DNA of 64,000 nt from Deltaproteobacteria bacterium (GTDB taxonomy: Bacteria; Myxococcota; Kuafuiibacteriia; Kuafuiibacteriales; Kuafuiibacteriaceae), in assembly GCA_016713425.1 (NCBI GenBank), contig JADJPE010000005.1:512294-576293 (forward strand). The letters run 5' to 3'. The notes under the pieces were generated by a model, which was not told the DNA's origin, made no database searches, and saw nothing but the letters and a program-made list of their open reading frames with translations. Shown here piece after piece: positions 1 through 10,174 of this stretch. A program made the position numbers and the translations under genes. Position 1 is the first letter of the stretch. Every line of letters begins with the position of its first letter.

Positions 1-1136
1 AGTTGTTGGCGTTGTCTGACTGGCTGAGCGAACAAGAGGTGACACATGTCGCGATGGAGGCGACGGGCGTCTACTGGAAGCCGGTTTGGCACATCCTCGA
101 GGAGTCGTTCGAGCTCGTCCTCGCGAACGCCGCCCATATCAAGAACGTTCCCGGGCGCAAGACCGACGTGAACGACGCGATGTGGATCTCGGATTTGCTC
201 GCACATGGTCTGATCCGAGGCAGCTTCGTTCCGGAGGCATCCATCCATGAGCTACGCGCGCTCACGCGAACGCGCAAGCAGCTCGTCCGTGAGAAAGCCC
301 AGCACATGCAGCGGATTCAGAAGACGCTCGAGGATGCGAACATCAAGCTCGCATCGGTGATCACGGACATTCTCGGAATGACGGGACGCGGGATCCTCGA
401 AGCTCTCATCCGCGGCGAGACCGATCCTGAGAAGCTGGTCGACCGCAGGCGTGGTCGTCTCAAGGCCACGCGAGCTGAGCTCGTCGAAGCCCTGCGCGGT
501 CGCGTCACTCGGAATCATCGCTTTCTTCTCGAGCTTCACTTGAACCAGATCGACGCCCTCGACAAGTCGATCGAGAGCGTGGAGAAGGAGGTCGGCGAGC
601 TGCTGGAGCCCTTTCGAGCTGCCGCCGAGCTCCTGAAGACGATCCCAGGCGTCAGCGATACCGTCGCCGATGTGATCATCGCGGAGATCGGGGTCGACAT
701 GTTGCGCTTTCCAACTGCAGGGCATCTCGTTTCCTGGGCAGGTCTCTGCCCTGGCAATGATGAGAGCGCCGGCAAACGTCGCTCCACTCGCGTTCGAAAA
801 GGATCTCCGTGGCTCAAGACAACGTTGGTCCAAGCGGCATGGGCGGGATCCCGTACGCGCGGAACGTACCTGCGTACACAGTTCCTGCGCCTCAAGACTC
901 GCCGCGGTCCTAAGAAGGCCATCATGGCGGTCGCCGCATCGATGCTGACCGCCATCTATTACATGCTCCGAGACTCCGTCCCCTACCGCGATCTTGGCCC
1001 CGACTACTTCGACCGCATGGACACGACCAAGGTGACCACCCGCCTGGTTCGCAGGCTCGAGAGCCTCGGGTTCCATGTCGAGCTCAAGGAGGCATCCTAA
1101 GCGAAAACGATCGTCATCAGCCGTGGTTTCGTTCTA
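1..1136 (+). mobile_element. IS110-family insertion sequence, left part cut by the window edge; right end abuts a truncated IS91-like copy
   Basis: Carries the IS110-type transposase ORF 3..1100. Homology of the flanking IS91-like copy to its paralog (6354 onward) begins abruptly at 1137, which places the IS110 right end at about 1136. Confidence 0.7.
3..1100 (+). CDS. IS110-family transposase (5' partial)
   Basis: 365-aa ORF open to the window start. It has a DEDD-type N-terminal segment (VAMEATGVYWKPV, DVNDAMWISDL) and a Transposase_20-like C-terminal segment (LKTIPGVSDTVADVIIAEIG...FPTAGHLVSWAGLCPGNDESAGKR). Confidence 0.9.
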   Translation: MLALSDWLSEQEVTHVAMEATGVYWKPVWHILEESFELVLANAAHIKNVPGRKTDVNDAMWISDLLAHGLIRGSFVPEASIHELRALTRTRKQLVREKAQHMQRIQKTLEDANIKLASVITDILGMTGRGILEALIRGETDPEKLVDRRRGRLKATRAELVEALRGRVTRNHRFLLELHLNQIDALDKSIESVEKEVGELLEPFRAAAELLKTIPGVSDTVADVIIAEIGVDMLRFPTAGHLVSWAGLCPGNDESAGKRRSTRVRKGSPWLKTTLVQAAWAGSRTRGTYLRTQFLRLKTRRGPKKAIMAVAASMLTAIYYMLRDSVPYRDLGPDYFDRMDTTKVTTRLVRRLESLGFHVELKEAS

Positions 1137-2062
1137 GGGGCGGGCGATTTGTCCGAGCTGCGGTGCACGACGGATGCAGGAGACGGCGGCCCATCTCGTC
1201 GATGACGTGCTGCCCGATGTCGCGCTGCGGCAATACGTGCTGAGCCCGCCGTTCGAACTGCGCGGTCTTCTCGCGTGCAAACGAGAAGTCTTGGCGAAGA
1301 TGGTGAACTTTTTCGTTGGGGCGATCTTTGAGCAACTGAACTTCGCATGACCGATGATGGCCGAGTTCGGCTGACGCTTCGTCGTCCAGCGAAGAACGGC
1401 CAGGGTGCGATCGTTCTATCACCGGTTCAGTTTCTGAGGCGCCTCGCGTGGCTCGTTCCTCCCCCGGCGCAGCATCAGGTTCGCTATGCGGGAGTTCTGG
1501 CCTCGGCCTCGAAAGTGCGGCGCGCGATTGTCCCAAGGCCCGCACCGGTTCTTCAGCTCGCCTTCCCGATCGAGAACATGAGGCCTCGGGTTCAGAAACA
1601 TCGCATGTCGTGGGCCAAACTGTTGGCCCGCGTCTATTCGATTGATGGAGAGCGCTGCTTGAGCTGTGGCGGCCCACTTAGGCCGATCGGTGCGGTGACT
1701 GAATCGAGTCACGTCGCGCAGACTCTCGGTCGGATGCGACGGCAGCGATGCGCTCGAGATCCCCCTCAGCTCGCCCTCGATCTCGATCGACTCTACAAAC
1801 CAACCCAAGGTCCCACGCTCCGGGCCTCGGCGCTTCTTGTCCGCGCGGTCGCACTGCTCGTCCGCTGGGGGAGAGGTACGTCTGAACGCTGCGCGCAGGC
1901 TACGGAACTCAACGGCAGTCCCGTCTTGTGGCGTTCCAAACCGGCCAGACTGCGCGCAACATGTGACTCGTCGCACACCTGCGTCGGTTCTCCGACTGCT
2001 CCGGGCATGGTATCGACGACGCATAGTGAGTCGAAGCCGATTGATTGCCCTATCGGCCAGCC
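1137..2062 (+). pseudogene. IS91/ISCR-family (Y2 rolling-circle transposase) element, copy 1: 5'-truncated by IS110 and internally deleted
   Basis: By eye, 1137..1339 matches 6354..6556 and 1340..2011 matches 7040..7710. The roughly 0.48 kb between these in copy 2 is missing, with the junction at a shared short microhomology. A 20-nt insertion follows, and 2032..2059 then matches 7711..7720 plus 11590..11607. ORF 1347..2099 holds the C-terminal IS91-type segment (GRVRLTLRRPAKNG...SIDGERCLSCGG). Confidence 0.8.
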
Positions 2063-2065
2063 TGA

Positions 2066-4714
2066 TTGGAGATGCGAACCTGCACTCTGGGGCCTGTAAG
2101 CCCCCTCTGGGGATGGAGCCTCAAGGATCCGGAGGATCGGAGCACCGGACGGGTCGCATGGGCCGATAGTCGAGGGATGCGTCTCTCGCGCCCGACTGAG
2201 GCTCCTAATGCACGGCATTCGCGTCGTTCTGGTCCAGCGCTCGCTGCGGAGGTTGAGGCACGTCGAGCCTTGGGCACCCAGCCTCGCGAGGCCACCGACG
2301 GATTCGTTCGGCTTCCGGGCGGGGACCTCTACCCGGCCGTGAGCCGCGGCCAGCACCTCGCCGAACTCAAGGGGGCCTTGAGGGCCCGGAGGGCTTCTCG
2401 GGTCGTGCGCGCGAGCTTGGGCGCTGCGCGTCGAAGGCATGTCGTCGTCGTTGGCGCCGGACCAACGGGTCTCGTGGCTGCAATTCAAGCGTATATGCGC
2501 GGGCACTCCGTCACGCTGGTCGAGCAGCGAACCGAGCCTCAAGCACCACCCCAGACGCTCAATCTGAGAACCGAAGTGCGCGCCGCGCTTGCGCAGATTC
2601 ATCCCGACCTTTTTCGTGAGGTCTGGGCGGTCGCGACGCTCATGCGGTGGGCGGAGGTTGTTCAGGACGGCCAAGACACTCAGGTCGCAAGCTCGAATCC
2701 TTTGGAACTTCTGTTCAATCATTACTCCGTAGCGCAGGATTCACTGCCCGCGGTCCGGAGGACCCGACCAAGATCGCCAGAGGAGATGGCCGCCCGAGCG
2801 CTGGCCCCGGAGCGTCGGGGAGGAAATGCGTTCAGCGCGGATACGGCACCGCCGCTCTCGGAGGGCATCGAGTACGCACCGGCGCGTCACGCCGCTTCGC
2901 AAAGCACCTGGCAGGTTGCGGCCTATGATCTTGTCCGCGTTTTGTGGCGCTTCATCGAACGACTCGAGAAGGAAGACGAAGCTCATGGCGAGCGACGGCT
3001 CGAGATGCTTAGGGGCTGGCAAGTGACCGCACTTCCTGTTGCGGAAGAGGGCGAGGCTCGGCGGCGAGTGGTGATAGAGCCATCCAACGCGAGTGGAGAG
3101 GCGAGCGCGGCTGGGCGAGAAAGAAGGGATCTCGGCGTACCGGACGACATCCTCCTCGCCGATGGGGCGAACTCAAAGCTCGTTTCCATGGTTGGGAGCG
3201 GGTTCACGGACGTTGGACCCAACACGCGCTTCGTCGCGGGACTCATAGACCGCTTCGCGCTCGTGGTCGCAGGAAACGGAAGTGGCGTGGTCCGACGCGA
3301 GACGGAGGTCCACAAGGTCCCAGGCCATGGAGACCAGGTCCTTCGCCACATCGTGATGAGCCAAGCCCGCGGGCAGGATTCGCGAAACGTTTGGGCTTTA
3401 GTGGAAGTGCCGTCGGATCTTGATTTCGCAGATCCGGCGTCTGTTCAACGTTTCTTTGGAGAGGCACTCTCGGAGGATGACGCAACGAGGCAATACTTCG
3501 CGCTCAAGGTGCTTCCGCTCGTCAATCGCGAGCGCTCGGATCGTGGCCTCGAGCCCGAAGACCTCTTGGCTGGCGCGCTGCCTTACGGTCCACGGGCGTT
3601 TGTCGTTCAGTCTCGCATTGCGGGCCAACCCAACGCGGATGCTCAAAACGTCCATTGTATCGGCGATGCCAAAGGCTCTTCGCATTTCCTCGCAAGCCTC
3701 GGTGCTTCGACCGGCATGGGGCCTGATCAATTGGCTCTTCGGCTTTACTGGGATGCCTGTGCGAGAAAGGGCATCGGAGGAGACACCGCCCTCGAGGAGC
3801 TTGCGCTTGAACGACGGCTCTTCAACAATGTTCGGCATTGGCTGGACGTTGGCCTGAGCGAGTTCAACGGCGTGACGGCCGCAAACCTTGGGGCCGACGT
3901 TTCGAAGCGGACCGCCGCAACGAACGGAACGACGCGCGTCGCTCCAAATCACACGTCGGAAGTCTATCGCCCGGAGTACGACCCAAGCTTGAGTGGGCAT
4001 GTCGCCAGATCCGAGGGTGTTCAGCCGCGAGTCTTCGGGGCGAAGCGTCAGCACCCACAGCGCGTAGTTACGGCTCCGGCGGCAAGACGTCTTGACAGAG
4101 TTGAGGCGATGGTCGGCGCACAGCCAGGAACTGCGTGGAGTCTGATCCCGAGCGGACCCTTGGGGGGCCAATACGGATGCGGTCCCCTGAATCGCTACGT
4201 GCTGCGCGATCTCTTCTTTGATGAAACGCGTGGTTGCTGGACGATTCAAAGGCTCGATTCCAGCGGTGTGGTGGATCTCAGCGCGCCGGAGCGAATCATC
4301 ACTGAGTCCTATAGGACGATTTCGGTCAAGCTGGGTGAGGGTGTGGCCGTGGTGTTGTCCGCGGACGATCCTGAGCTGCGGCTGGGCGATGAGGATCCCC
4401 ACGCTGAACGAAGAAAAGAGCTCGCTCGACGACTGGCGCTTCCTGACCTCGATCCTGGTGCATGCCCATCCCCGAGCGTTTCGCTGAGCACGATCGGCCC
4501 CGTATCGAAGGACGAACGGGCGCGAACGATCCCGTTGTCAGGCATCCGGGATCTTGTGCTGGATAACTCGACCTGGGTCGTAACGCTCCGGAGCGGCGAG
4601 ATGCTCCGTTGTCAGGCGGTCAAGCTCGGGGCCGGTGGCCGGTCAGCCTTCCTTCCCAAGGAAGCACGAGCCTTCCGGTGTTCGAGCCCGACCACGCCAG
4701 TGGGCACCACTTGA
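2066..4714 (+). CDS. FAD-dependent monooxygenase-like flavoprotein with a long uncharacterised C-terminal region
   Basis: Rossmann fingerprint VVVVGAGPTGLVAAIQAYMRGHSVTLVEQR, DG motif (ILLADGANSKLVS) and GD motif (IGDAKGSSHFLASLGASTGM), as in PHBH-fold flavin monooxygenases. About 350 C-terminal residues carry no motif I recognise. The start is uncertain: ATG 2066, ATG 2177, or GTG 2405 just before the Rossmann fold. Confidence 0.6.
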   Translation: MEMRTCTLGPVSPLWGWSLKDPEDRSTGRVAWADSRGMRLSRPTEAPNARHSRRSGPALAAEVEARRALGTQPREATDGFVRLPGGDLYPAVSRGQHLAELKGALRARRASRVVRASLGAARRRHVVVVGAGPTGLVAAIQAYMRGHSVTLVEQRTEPQAPPQTLNLRTEVRAALAQIHPDLFREVWAVATLMRWAEVVQDGQDTQVASSNPLELLFNHYSVAQDSLPAVRRTRPRSPEEMAARALAPERRGGNAFSADTAPPLSEGIEYAPARHAASQSTWQVAAYDLVRVLWRFIERLEKEDEAHGERRLEMLRGWQVTALPVAEEGEARRRVVIEPSNASGEASAAGRERRDLGVPDDILLADGANSKLVSMVGSGFTDVGPNTRFVAGLIDRFALVVAGNGSGVVRRETEVHKVPGHGDQVLRHIVMSQARGQDSRNVWALVEVPSDLDFADPASVQRFFGEALSEDDATRQYFALKVLPLVNRERSDRGLEPEDLLAGALPYGPRAFVVQSRIAGQPNADAQNVHCIGDAKGSSHFLASLGASTGMGPDQLALRLYWDACARKGIGGDTALEELALERRLFNNVRHWLDVGLSEFNGVTAANLGADVSKRTAATNGTTRVAPNHTSEVYRPEYDPSLSGHVARSEGVQPRVFGAKRQHPQRVVTAPAARRLDRVEAMVGAQPGTAWSLIPSGPLGGQYGCGPLNRYVLRDLFFDETRGCWTIQRLDSSGVVDLSAPERIITESYRTISVKLGEGVAVVLSADDPELRLGDEDPHAERRKELARRLALPDLDPGACPSPSVSLSTIGPVSKDERARTIPLSGIRDLVLDNSTWVVTLRSGEMLRCQAVKLGAGGRSAFLPKEARAFRCSSPTTPVGTT

Positions 4715-4995
4715 GCGCGTAATGAGGCCGACGCTCGGGCAGGCTTCGTCGTAGCAACGAAGCTGTTCCATCGAGGGCACCTGACGGAACAGCTACGTAG
4801 CAATGTTCGTGGGACTTGCGGTCCAGTCGGCTGGTACGATCCGCCAATGGCCAAAGCGCCGGCGAAGCCGTGTCAGTCACCATTGTCGCCGAGCGCGGCT
4901 CGATCCCACGCCTTCTCGAGGGTCATCTCTTGGTTTCCGTAGACGACCCAGCAGTCGCCGCTGCACAGGCCGGCCATCTCCGCGAAGCGATCCGC

Positions 4996-5167
4996 CATCT
5001 TTCCTCCGAGCGGTCCCGTGACCCGGCGCCTCTTTCCCTCAGCCGGGTCCCCTGGGGAGAGTTCCCCGGCTTCCTCGGTACAGTGAGGCGCTCCGACTCC
5101 CGACCATCCCTCCCGCCGCGCTTCGTTTCCTTCGCTTGGCGGTACCTGCGTTGTGCTCGTCATTTGC
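4996..5167 (-). repeat. 172-nt orphan fragment of the outer group II intron (segment just 5' of, and including, the IEP start codon)
   Basis: Matches 11000..11172 with one mismatch and one 1-nt indel by eye. Homology starts exactly at the CAT (= ATG on the minus strand) and stops at tcatttgc. Confidence 0.75.
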
Positions 5168-5222
5168 AGCCGGGAAAGATTCATCCCCTGAGCCTGGCGG
5201 CCCGGGAGGTCGCGACGCTCAG

Positions 5223-5459
5223 TCAGAGTGGAAAATTGCGGGGCAGGAGGTCGATGACGTCCTTCTCGATGACGCCTCGCGCGAGAATGGGCATGACGGT
5301 GGCGAGATACTCGACGGGGTCGATCAAGCTCCAGAGCGTGGCCCTTGGACCGACCCGATGGCCGGAGGCCCGCGAGCCCGTTCTTTCTGTATGCGTAGTA
5401 CCAGGCCTCGAGCGTCGATACGCTTGGGCATCACCGGTATATCGTACCGAGTGCATCAA
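5223..5459 (-). pseudogene. Possible IS66-family transposase C-terminal remnant
   Basis: The ORF tail ...LIDPVEYLATVMPILARGVIEKDVIDLLPRNF resembles the conserved IS66 transposase C-terminal tail (DP..YL...I..LLP.NW). No transposase body is left upstream. Confidence 0.3.
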
Positions 5460-6102
5460 CGGGCCTCACGCTGAGATGGAAGGAACGGAGCGGAGACCCA
5501 TCGGGCGGGTTCGGGGTGTCTCATCCGCGTTGACAGGTTCCGGAAGCGGCGCCAACGACAGCGATCCTCGCCGCACCCGATCATGTAACCAAGCCGGCGG
5601 GTGCCTCGCTCGGGCCGACGTCGTCCGCACAACCACCGTCCAAGGCCGGGCCCGTTGCACCCACAAGGCCTGTCGACGCCGCGCCCACCTCGCCGTCCGC
5701 CCCGCCGCGTCATTCCTCCTAGGTCGTTGGGATCGGCAAGCGCCCACAAGAGCAACCCGGCGACGAGTCCGGCTTCACGCCCGGGGGCGCCGACCCAGCG
5801 GAGCGCCGCGAACGAAGTCCCGGCGCGGGACGCCCGCATCCGGGAGACAGAAAGAGAGAAGCCGCGGCCCTGCGTGATTCCTCCCGCTCACCGGTGCCGA
5901 GCACTTCCGCAACCCGGACGATGACCTACGCGGCGGCATCGAGCTCGTTGGGGACGAAACCACGCTTGCGAGTCGCAGCCAACGTGGGCATGAGCTTGTC
6001 CGTCAGCGCAGCGAGGAAGTCCGAAATTCGACGAAGACACGAACAAACGAGCGCCATTGCCGAGGCCTTCCGTGACGGCATGAAACGAGCTCATGGCGCG
6101 TT

Positions 6103-7720
6103 GTGTGCGCGCAAGCGGTTTCGGAATACAAACCACGAAAACCGGAGTCGGGAATCCTGCATCGCCTCGTCTCGACCCACTTTGACGAGTTTGTCGAAAG
6201 TTTTGAGGACCCAGATTCCCCCGAGTCCGGGTTGCCGACATTTGTCCGCAAAGAGTTTGAACGATTCCTCGACTGCGGGATCTTGGAACGCGGGTTCGTC
6301 CTTCTTTTCTGCGACCGATGCCAGCGTGAGCATGCTGTGGCCTTTTCGTGCAAGGGGCGGGCGATTTGTCCGAGCTGCGGTGCACGACGGATGCAGGAGA
6401 CGGCGGCCCATCTCGTCGATGACGTGCTGCCCGATGTCGCGCTGCGGCAATACGTGCTGAGCCCGCCGTTCGAACTGCGCGGTCTTCTCGCGTGCAAACG
6501 AGAAGTCTTGGCGAAGATGGTGAACTTTTTCGTTGGGGCGATCTTTGAGCAACTGACCGACTGGGCTCGATGTCAGGGTCTCACAGGACCGAAATGCGGC
6601 GCAGTCACCTTCATTCAGCGATTCACGAAGACCCTGAACATCTCACCCCATCTTCATGTGCTCGTTCTCGACGGAGTCTTTGCGAACGAAGAAGAGGGTC
6701 CCCGTTTCGTCGAATGCCCAGCCCCAACGAATCGAGACCTTCTTTCGTTGGCCCAAAGGGTCTTCAAGAAGATGGAGAAATTTCTCGCGAAGAGCGGATA
6801 TCTCCGAAGCGAGTCGGACGCTCTTGAGGAAGCATCGCTGACACCCGTGGAGCGCTGGTATGTGCGGGCCTCGCGGAGCCATCGATGCTGTCGCCAAGTC
6901 GCATCGTGGACGTCAAGTCCACGGCGATCGAGTGTGGTGGATTCAGTGTTCATGCTCAGGTTCGTGTTGCCCAAGGCGATCGACGAGGACGAGAAAGGCT
7001 CTGCCTATATGCGGCCCGTCCGCCTTTCGCCGAAGGTCAACTTCGCATGACCGATGATGGCCGAGTTCGGCTGACGCTTCGTCGTCCAGCGAAGAACGGC
7101 CAGGGTGCGATCGTTCTATCACCGGTTCAGTTTCTGAGGCGCCTCGCGTGGCTCGTTCCTCCCCGGCGCAGCATCAGGTTCGCTATGCGGGAGTTCTGGC
7201 CTCGGCCTCGAAAGTGCGGCGCGCGATTGTCCCAAGGCCCGCACCGGTTCTTCAGCTCGCCTTCCCGATCGAGAACATGAGGCCTCGGGTTCAGAAACAT
7301 CGCATGTCGTGGGCCAAACTGTTGGCCCGCGTCTATTCGATTGATGGAGAGCGCTGCTTGAGCTGTGGCGGCCCACTTAGGCCGATCGGTGCGGTGACTG
7401 AATCGAGTCACGTCGCGCAGACTCTCGGTCGGATGCGACGGCAGCGATGCGCTCGAGATCCCCTCAGCTCGCCCTCGATCTCTGATCGACTCTACAAACC
7501 AACCCAAGGTCCCACGCTCCGGGCCTCGGCGCTTCTTGTCCGCGCGGTCGCACTGCTCGTCCGCTGGGGGAGAGGTACGTCTGAACGCTGCGCGCAGGCT
7601 ACGGAACTCAATGGCAGTCCCGTCTTGTGCCGTTCCAAACCGGTCAGACTGCGCGCAACATGTGACGCATCGCACACCCGCGTCGGTTCTCCGACTGCTC
7701 CGGGCATGGTCGAAGCCGAT
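6103..7720 (+). pseudogene. IS91/ISCR-family element, copy 2; Y2 transposase split over three frames
   Basis: ORF 6103..7050 has zinc-ribbon and Y2 features (FCDRCQREHAVAFSCKGRAICPSCGARRM, HLHVLVLDGVF). It continues in a second frame (6885..7280: GFSVHAQVRVAQGDRRGRERLCLYAARPPFAEGQL) and a third (7148..: HQVRYAGVLASASKVR...SIDGERCLSCGG). The second shift lies in a C4 run (7161..7164) that is C5 in copy 1 (1461..1465). Confidence 0.85.
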
Positions 7721-7760
7721 GTCGGGTGGCCTCGGGAGGTCTCCCTCCCGAGGCTCCCAC

Positions 7761-7794
7761 GGATCCGGACGTGCAGATTTCCCGCATCCGGCTC
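7761..7794 (-). ncRNA. Domain V-like helix of the outer intron
   Basis: The minus strand reads GAGCCGGAUGCGGGAAAUCUGCACGUCCGGAUCC, with an AGC triad, an AC bulge and a GAAA-containing loop. One mismatch in the lower stem is consistent with decay. Confidence 0.6.
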
Positions 7795-7865
7795 TTCGGC
7801 TCACGGATTCGCTGCACGACGATAGACGCTGTGTACGACACGTGGCTTGGCGAGGGGGTACCGCT

Positions 7866-8345
7866 TCAAGAGCTCCTGGAAACGTTCCCAAGGCATATGG
7901 GCGCGCTGCGAGCGACGGTTGAGCCATCTCTGCCAGTGCCGACGGGTCCCTCGATCAGCTGCGCGAGCGCTCGGAAGTTACCGGTGATCCCGTAATATCC
8001 GTAGTGCCCCCGAAGCTTCAGATTCAGACCCTTTTGCTGCTCCGACAGCGGGATGTGCCGGTTCTTCCGGCACCACAGCCCGATCGCTAGCAGCGCTCGG
8101 CGAAGGCGGCTCGCAGCCGTCTTGCGCTTCACGACCCAATAGCCTTGGCGCGACCTCCCCCAGTAATGAGTGAAGCCGAGCAGGTCGAACGTCCCCGCCC
8201 TCTCCCGGTGATCGCCGCGCGGGGCCGTCGAAACGGCACCATCCGCGTCTTCTCCGGGTGGAGCAGCAGACCATATCTCCCGAATCGCTTCGGGAGCACG
8301 GCCATCACTTCGCTGCGCGTCCGTGTCCTTCTCGAGCACGATCAC
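7866..8345 (-). pseudogene. Outer intron-encoded protein, C-terminal thumb/maturase part (frameshifted)
   Basis: FDLLGFTHYWGRSRQGYWVVKRKTAASRL...LRGHYGYYGITGNFRAL in one frame, PKRFGRYGLLLHPEKTRMVPF in another. This is typical group II IEP X-domain sequence. Confidence 0.8.
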
Positions 8346-8386
8346 TCGGTGAGTCGCCCGCGGAGTCTCACCCGCGGGCGCTCGCA

Positions 8387-8420
8387 GAACCGTACGTGAG
8401 CCTCTCGACTCATACGGCTC
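8387..8420 (-). ncRNA. Canonical group II intron domain V (inner intron)
   Basis: The minus strand reads GAGCCGUAUGAGUCGAGAGGCUCACGUACGGUUC. The 34 nt include the AGC triad, a G-U pair, a 2-nt AC bulge and a GAGA (GNRA) tetraloop, and all helix positions pair. Confidence 0.85.
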
Positions 8421-8423
8421 CCA

Positions 8424-9738
8424 TCATGCAACCGGTGACCTGAGGCCCAATTTCCAGTGCTCAAAGAGCTGGGGTTCTCGCCGAGCGATCTGCCCCAGCC
8501 AATGAATTGCCCTGGTGTGATGCCTTCGCAGTCGTTTGTATTTCCGCTTCGCCCAGAGCACCAAGTCGTACTCGAGTTGGCGGAGCGACGGGTACAGCAT
8601 CGAGCGATAGAATGCGCCGTAGTAGTTGATCCAGCCCCGCACCGTTGCATTGAACATGTGCGCGAGGTCGTTCAACGTCTTGTCGCTGCGCTTGCCGATG
8701 TGCCAGCTTCGTATCTCTGCACGGATCGCCTTGGCCGCCTTATCGCTGATCGCGGGGCTGAAGTTTACAAACGTCTTGCCCCCAGCGGTTCTTCGAAAGA
8801 CGAGGCCGAAACGTATATCCCAGGAAGTCGAACCGTTCGGGCTCGTGATGGCCACGACGGTCTTCGTCCTTGCAGTATACGATTTTGGTTTTCTCCGGGT
8901 GCAGCTCAAGACCGCAAGCTCGCAGCCGCTCACGTATCGACTCCAGCACCCGCTGGGCCTCTGCAAAACTTCTGCAGTGCGCCAGCAGATCGTCGGCGTA
9001 CCTTTCGAACGGCACGTCGGCGTAATGCCGTCTCATCCAATCGTCGAACGCGTGATGCATGAAGATGTTGGCGATCAACGGGCTGACCACACCGCCTTGA
9101 GGAGTTCCTTTGCCTCGCGCTTGCAGCCCATCCGCTGTTTGCAGCGGAGCCTTGAGCCACCGCTCGATGTAAAGAAGAACCCACTTCTCGTCGGTGTGAT
9201 GCCGCACCGCCTTCATCGTCAGCTCATGGTCGAGATTGTCAAAGAAGGCGCGGACGTCGATGTCTATGACCCAGTTATACTTCCAGCACCGCTGCCGCGC
9301 TGTCGCCAACGCTTGGTGGGCTGATTTACCAGGTCGATAGCCATACGAGTCGGGGTGGAACTTAGGTTCCACGACCGGCTCAAGCTGCATCTTCACCACG
9401 GTCTGGGCGACTCGATCCGCCACGGTGGGAATTCCCAACAACCGGGTCTTTCCATTCGCCTTGGGGATCTCGACTGCCTTAACCGCGGGAGGGAAGTAGC
9501 TGCCCGAGCTCATCCGGTTCCAGATGCGATACAGATTGTCTTTGAGCTTGCTCTCGAACGCTTCTAACGTCTCGTCATCTATGCCCGCTGCTCCTTTGTT
9601 CGCCTTCACTCGAAGGTAGGCTTCATACACCTGCTGTTTGGAAATTCGATACGGTTTTGCCTGACCCGCAAGCTCCTCCCGTTGCCGGTTGACCTGCGTG
9701 CTCGGCTGCATGACTCGGCCCCTTCGCTCCGGTCGCAT
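8424..9738 (-). pseudogene. Inner intron-encoded reverse transcriptase/maturase, interrupted by a single frameshift
   Basis: RT blocks in 8740..9738 (GIPTVADRVAQTVV, YGYRPGKSAHQA, DIDVRAFFDNLDH, GTPQGGVVSPLIANIFM, RYADDLLAHC). The maturase region is in 8424..8966 (FVNFSPAISDKA, WINYYGAFYRS). One extra base in a homopolymer (plus-strand C5 at 8779..8783) separates the frames. No HNH domain is evident. The shift could be a sequencing error. Confidence 0.85.
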
Positions 9739-10174
9739 TACCGACCTTCCTCGCTACTACGAGCCGATCCGTCCCTCGCCCATGCCTTGGTACTCGGCGC
9801 CTCGTGGGTCTGCCACTTGGCGTTCTCCCTTCGCATCACGAGCGAGGTTCCCACGTTCCGTGCAAGAACCTGTTGCAGCTTCACGCCACCTCTATGCCGG
9901 ACGCCGTCTGGGTCGGTAGGCAGGTGTCCCCCAGACTCATCCCGGGCCAACGACTCCGTCCCGGTTTCGACGTCGTCTATACGCTTTCGACAGTTCATCG
10001 GTGGTTCAGTCTTTCGTCTCTCTGCAACCCACATGACGTGGTCTTGGCCACGCCTTTTCCGCGACGCTCACGACCAGGGCCGTTGTGCCCTCGCCGCTCG
10101 CGGTTGTTTGGAGCCTCCGCCTGCACGGCGGCTCCGAGGGGCCCACCCTCATTTCTTGCACAGCACAGCTGCAT

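Noticed and set aside
1419-2722. Minus-strand ORFs 1419..2024 and 1793..2722
   Set aside because: They lie antisense to the IS91-like repeat and to the start region of the flavoprotein gene. The first is duplicated at 7127..7927 only because the underlying DNA is repeated.
4816-5877. 353-aa plus-strand ORF across 4816..5877
   Set aside because: It runs through an intron fragment and an IS66-like remnant on the other strand. Its composition is Arg/Pro/Ser junk, so it is most likely not a gene.
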